From NCBI GenBank assembly GCA_026025075.1, contig JAPEUI010000132.1, positions 1 to 40,675 on the forward strand: DNA of 40,675 nucleotides, given 5' to 3'. A program made the position numbers and the translations under genes. Under the pieces are notes generated by a model. That model made no database searches and was not told the DNA's origin. It saw nothing but the letters and a program-made list of their open reading frames with translations. Shown here one piece after another: positions 36,065 through 40,675 of the stretch (position 1 is the stretch's first letter; each line of letters starts with the position of its first letter). This DNA comes from Vezdaea acicularis. Its lineage: Eukaryota.

Positions 36065-39000
36065 GAGCCGCATATTCGCCTCAAATCAACTCGAAACGTT
36101 GAGAAATCTCGAGATTCTGGGGGTCGTACCCTTATCAACAAGGAACTCTATGATCATCCGAAGGTTCCCCCTCAAGCAGCTGGCAGGCACCCCATCTTCC
36201 AGAACCTCCCTGTTAGAGCTTTTGGTACTAAATGCATTTCACAACCTATGACTCAATGCGAAGAGGCCACCGGCTTAGGTTAGGTAAGCCCATATTTAAG
36301 AGAAGGAATACCTGGGAAAGAGAGCATCCTGTACGATCCAGAGTATACTATCAACAACTGTGGCAACGAAGCCAATCAAACGGACAGTGGTACGAGCATT
36401 CAAAAGGTTGGACTCGAGAGCCTTTAGTTTGAAGAGAATTATCACCATGCACGGTAGCAACCTTTCACTATTCTTCGACAGACCCGGCTCTCAACCAATC
36501 GAATGATCAGCAGTACTCTCATCGACCATGGTCCGTGCTGACACTTGAGTGGCATTTACAGTCCTCAAATATGTCTCTGGCATGTTCCAGATGAGGGGGT
36601 TGTCTATGTGGCAAAGCACCACTACTGGCCTTTCTTGAGGCTCCCTCGTTGTGACGTGACATGGAAGAACCGCCAGTGGAGCGGCAATGGCATCGGAGAA
36701 GACGGTGGAGCCTGTGACGGTGGCGGGGTACTGCCATTCCCACCATCTCGCACGGAGGACACATCGTCGACGCCGTCTCCACCATACGGTCTGTGGGGAG
36801 GCAGTGCCCTCGGGAGGTGGGGGTTGGATATACGGACGAGAGATGAAGGCGGGGCTCGGGACGGAGGTGAGGGCAAAGCTCCGACATCGCAGGGCGAGGC
36901 CTAGCCGGGTGTGGCTGGCCGCGATGAGTTCCTCCGAGTCCGTTCATCTCCTCTCGCGTCGAAGCGCCGATTGGGGGCCCCAGTGCATCGTCGCCCTCGA
37001 GGCTGGCCGGCAGTGGCGCGTAAGAGGAAAGCACTCATCTGACGGAGCCGAGTACTTTCCAATTTTGGGTCGGCCGGCCAGGCGCGTCCATGGCTCGCGC
37101 GATGAGTGACAGGTTTAGAGCATCCAGCAAGTGCGACATGGAGATGGCTCACGGCCCACTTTGTTTTTCCCTCGCCCGGCAAGGCAAGGCCGGGATGGAG
37201 AGAGAGGGGAGAGCGATTGGGAGGTGGAAAGGTTGCGGTTGATTGGGGCGGCGTGCGCGCGATCCCGTTGATTGGCGAGGCAGGCAGCTCTTGCCGCTCC
37301 GCCTGCGTTTCAGCTTCCTGACGGGCAGGCATCCTGACGTGATCGGTCGGCCAAGAGACCGAAGCGGCCCCGGATGCTTCGTATCATTGGCGCCCTTTTC
37401 GACATGCTCCTCGTCGAATGGCGGCGATCAGGTGGCGGGACTTTTCCCAAAGCTGAGCAAAATGCCGAATGTTCTCCGGGGTCAGTCCCATCTCGTGGAC
37501 AACTCAGCTGGGGAAGGGCATCCGAGGTGGAGGGCGGTAGGGTCCATACGACGACGTACTGAGGTGATGGTGTACCGTACGTAGTAGAGTAGGGGGGCGG
37601 CCTATCTTCACCGTATTCGCTGAAGGCAGTGACATCCGCTCCGCCGTCCCAGAAGCGCGCGCGGGATCCGCAACTCGCGCGTCGATCTATCGATTCCGAC
37701 TCGGATACGTCGTACACATCGGTACCTGGTACTTGCAAGGCACGGCGGGCAGCGTCTGATGGCCTGAGAACATGCCCCGAAAGGGCCCGCGGCGGAGCGG
37801 TGGAGGGAAGGGCAGACGGCGGCTTTCACCCCCTTTTGCTCCGCGTCGTCGGCGCCGACCAATGGCCGCCCGTTTCGGCTAAGGCTGGTCACGGTTCGAC
37901 TGCACGCCAAGGACGCGTTCCTGGCCTCGAGCGGCGCTTGCCCGCTTCGGGCCTTAGCGCATCTAGTCGCCCACACGCAGCGCCGTCGACCTGCGCGGCG
38001 TCACGAGTGGGCCGGGGTCGCGCCGGCTCGTCCACCTCCTCTTGCCTCTGGATGGGCGCGAGACGGGCAGCCTCCCCTTCGTCTGCGCTCGAATGCCGTG
38101 CGCACGATCGTCCGTCGCCTCCCCACCCTCATCGCGATGGCTTTCGTCATTCCAGACGGGTGTGGAGAAGCTTCAACGGATCACTGGCCGAGCGCTGTTT
38201 CCTGCGGCGCCCATTGCAAGATGAAACGGAGCACTGGCAGCGCGGTCAAATGAAGCATAGCGAGCCCCTCACTGGTCCGGCGATGTTTTTTTCTCACGGC
38301 CATACCCCGTTTAGGGCGAGACCCGTTGCCGTCACGCACACTCTGCACTCCTCGCTCGAGGAGCACACTCACTGGGGTCGGCGATTGAGCCATCCTACCT
38401 AGTCGAGTAACATGCAGCGAGGGGCCGACGATGGACGATCGCGACATGCACTGGCTGGCCGTTCGTCAACCTCCTTTGTCGTCTTTTCCCCTCTCCTTCG
38501 GGCAGAGTCCCGTCGCCTTTTGGTTGGTGCGAATGCAACGGCCATCCCTGTCGTCCATTCGCTTGTTGGGTTTGAGCCCCGAGCTTTTCGAGGCTCGAGC
38601 CTTTGGGAGGGAGAGGGGGAGCACTGGGGCGTAAGGGAAACTCGCGCCCACACCAACATCGTGCCCGAACGCCGGCCGATCCTCACCCTTGGGTCTCTCC
38701 TATTCCCGCGGTTGTCCGGCGCCCGAGACCGAGGGGGAAGGGGGAGTCACGGACGTCTGTTCCTGGGCGCTGGATGCGGCGAGCGAGACGAAAGGATCGG
38801 GTTGCGAGTGACGGGTACGTAGAGAATTGCAAGTAACGGGCGTAGACGAACGTAGACACACCGGACGGGGGCCGCGCACGAGCATTCGACGATCCCCGTC
38901 TGCACGCATATGCGCATGATCGCGCGTCTTGCGTAGGCGGTAAGCAGCCGTTGACCGTGACTGCGCGCGAGGCGAGTGAGGGTTGAGGCAGTATGGAGTC

Positions 39001-39186
39001 ACGGGGGCGCGCCCGTGCCTGGCCTGCCCCCGGCCGGCCCTGACCGGCCCTGGCGGCGCCATCGCGCAAACGGCCTAGCGCCTTTCTGACGCACGCCGAA
39101 TCTTCGTTCTTCCGACCGAACGCCCCCAGTCGCTCGCCGCCGGTATGTCTGCGCGGGCTGCTCGTGCCTGCAAACTGCCCACACCA

Positions 39187-39219
39187 CCCCCCTCCTCCCC
39201 CTGCTCGCCCCCCCCCCCC
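39187..39219 (-). other. C-run cluster (C6, C5, C12 on +), a potential G-quadruplex on the minus strand upstream of the homeobox gene
   Basis: Plus strand reads cccccc-tcct-ccccc-tgctcg-cccccccccccc and is followed by a long CT-rich tract (~39290-39550). Confidence 0.4.
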
Positions 39220-39876
39220 AAAGGGCTCATCGCACTAGGGCCTGGTGGGTGGGTGCGTCGCGCTTGGTCCATTCCTTCTGCCGCTTCCCACGCACCCACA
39301 CCACCCCCTCCCCTCTTGTGTCGTCTCGCCCTCTCTCCTGCTTCGTCTCTTTCCTCTCGATTCCTCTCTTTCTTCCATTTACAACTTTCTCCTCCTCTCT
39401 CCGACCGGTGCCTCTAGACGACTGCATCGTCGCGACTTTTGCTCTTTTCATTCTTGTTTCTTGCCTTTACGGACACCGCCACTCCTTTCGGGTCCATACA
39501 CTCATTCGGCCTTGACTCGTTTTTTTCCCTTTTCTCGCCCACATCCCTTTCGATCATTCCGCCCGGCTTTGCGAGTCAGCTCCTCAGGACGGCAGCCCCA
39601 TCGCCCCAATTTTTGCTCCAACACAGCGAAGGAACACCGTCGTGAACGGTCTCGAGAGAGCTGATCACGATTTGATTCATCGTCGACTCCGTCGCTGCCA
39701 TAGGATAGCGCGAGTCCACCCGGACCAGCAGGTCGTACATTCATTTTCATCCGACTTTCGTCTTCAATCACCTTCGATCCGACGATCGACCACGATCATT
39801 CTCTCGACTTCCTCCAACATCACACCACATCTGTACTCGGAAGAGAGGATCATCTCCAACTTGATCCGTCTTTCCG

Positions 39877-40675
39877 ATGCTACCAGGCCCAGATATGACG
39901 CTCGAGGACGTCGTCAACATGTCCACCTCTCCCTCTCCTTCGGCCTCGGCCCATGCCAGCCAATCCGGCTCGCGTCGGCCTCCGAGGAAGAGTACGCTCA
40001 CGCAGCAACAGAAGAACCAGAAACGCCAACGGGCCACCCAAGACCAGCTCGTCACACTCGAGCAAGAATTCAACAAGAACCCTACCCCGACCGCCGTGGT
40101 GCGAGAGCGGATCGCGCAAGAGATCAACATGACTGAGCGCTCTGTTCAGATTTGGTTCCAGAACAGGTTGGTCTATTCAATCGAGATAAGGGAAAGTAAG
40201 GAGCTGACCCACCTTTAACAGACGTGCTAAAATCAAGCTTCTCGCGAAGAAGAGCATCGAGACTGGCGAAGACTGCGATGCGATACCGGAGTCGATGCGT
40301 CAATATCTCGCCTTGCAGGCCATGGAATCGGGTAAGCCACTCGGACCACGCTTCTTGGGTCGTGCTGGCGTAGCAGCGTACGGCTCAGGCTTGCTCATGA
40401 ACGGCGACTCGACCAATCCAAGCAAAGTCGGTGAGTAACAGCGCAATCATGGCTTGTTGTTTGAGGGAGGGGCAAGCTCTAACATCAATCCAGTCATCCA
40501 CCATTTCTCCTGCCGATCTCTGAGCATTGGGTCATGGAGACGAGTGGGCCAAAACACCATGGATCTGGTCATCTTTTATTCCCCCGACAAGGCGTGCATC
40601 ACTTACTACATCAACAATGACTCCGCTGGCTACAAGATCGAATATCCCTTCTCACACATCAAGAGCATAAACCTG
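39877..40675 (+). CDS. PHO2: Homeodomain transcription factor, Pho2-like (3' end beyond the window)
   Basis: Exons 39877-40166, 40222-40430, 40494-end. Homeodomain KRQRATQDQLVTLEQEFNKNPTPTAVVRERIAQEINMTERSVQIWFQNR|RAKIK, then the Pho2-type segment CRSLSIGSWRRVGQNTMDLVIFYSP. The start could be one of the downstream ATGs (39895, 39919). Confidence 0.88.

Noticed and set aside
33527..36115. The same palindromic 10-mer ATCTCGAGAT at 33527-33536 and 36106-36115
   Set aside because: A repeated 10-bp palindrome is roughly expected by chance in 40 kb, and there is no transposase, target-site duplication or longer homology.
37880..37910. GGTTCGACT resembling a tRNA T-loop/B-box
   Set aside because: No flanking T-stem, anticodon arm or acceptor stem could be folded.
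37629..38402. 257-aa GTG-started ORF and its neighbours
   Set aside because: Arg/Ala/Pro/Ser-rich composition typical of stop-poor GC-rich non-coding DNA, with long ORFs in several frames at once.

Overview
Gene-dense, intron-containing nuclear DNA from a filamentous ascomycete (Pezizomycotina; inferred from short GT-AG introns with CTRAC/CTRAY branch sites and from the proteins). I reconstructed 17 protein-coding genes by manual splicing. In order: a large uncharacterised single-TM protein, a GT15 (KRE2/KTR) mannosyltransferase, a DUF4604-like protein, PRP19, a SIM+RING (Slx5/Rfp1-like) protein, PHS1, acetoacetyl-CoA synthetase, LCB2, a Pro/Gly-rich unknown protein, TPI1, MRPL51, TOM22, a DNF3-type P4-ATPase flippase, a divergent GEP4-like HAD phosphatase, SMD3, IRC6/p34, and a Pho2-like homeobox factor cut by the window end. 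I found no tRNA, rRNA, transposon or CRISPR. This is mostly ordinary housekeeping chromosome and I cannot support a wholly new system. The best leads are a five-exon GEP4-like gene with an altered HAD motif IV (GNAMKTD instead of GDRLFTD), a tight PHS1-AACS-LCB2 lipid gene trio, a ~36-aa Pro/Ser insert in MRPL51, possible decayed or unresolved 5' exons of the first gene, and a 3.8-kb GC-rich region with an ATG-free leader upstream of the homeobox gene. All family assignments come from recalled motifs, not database searches.
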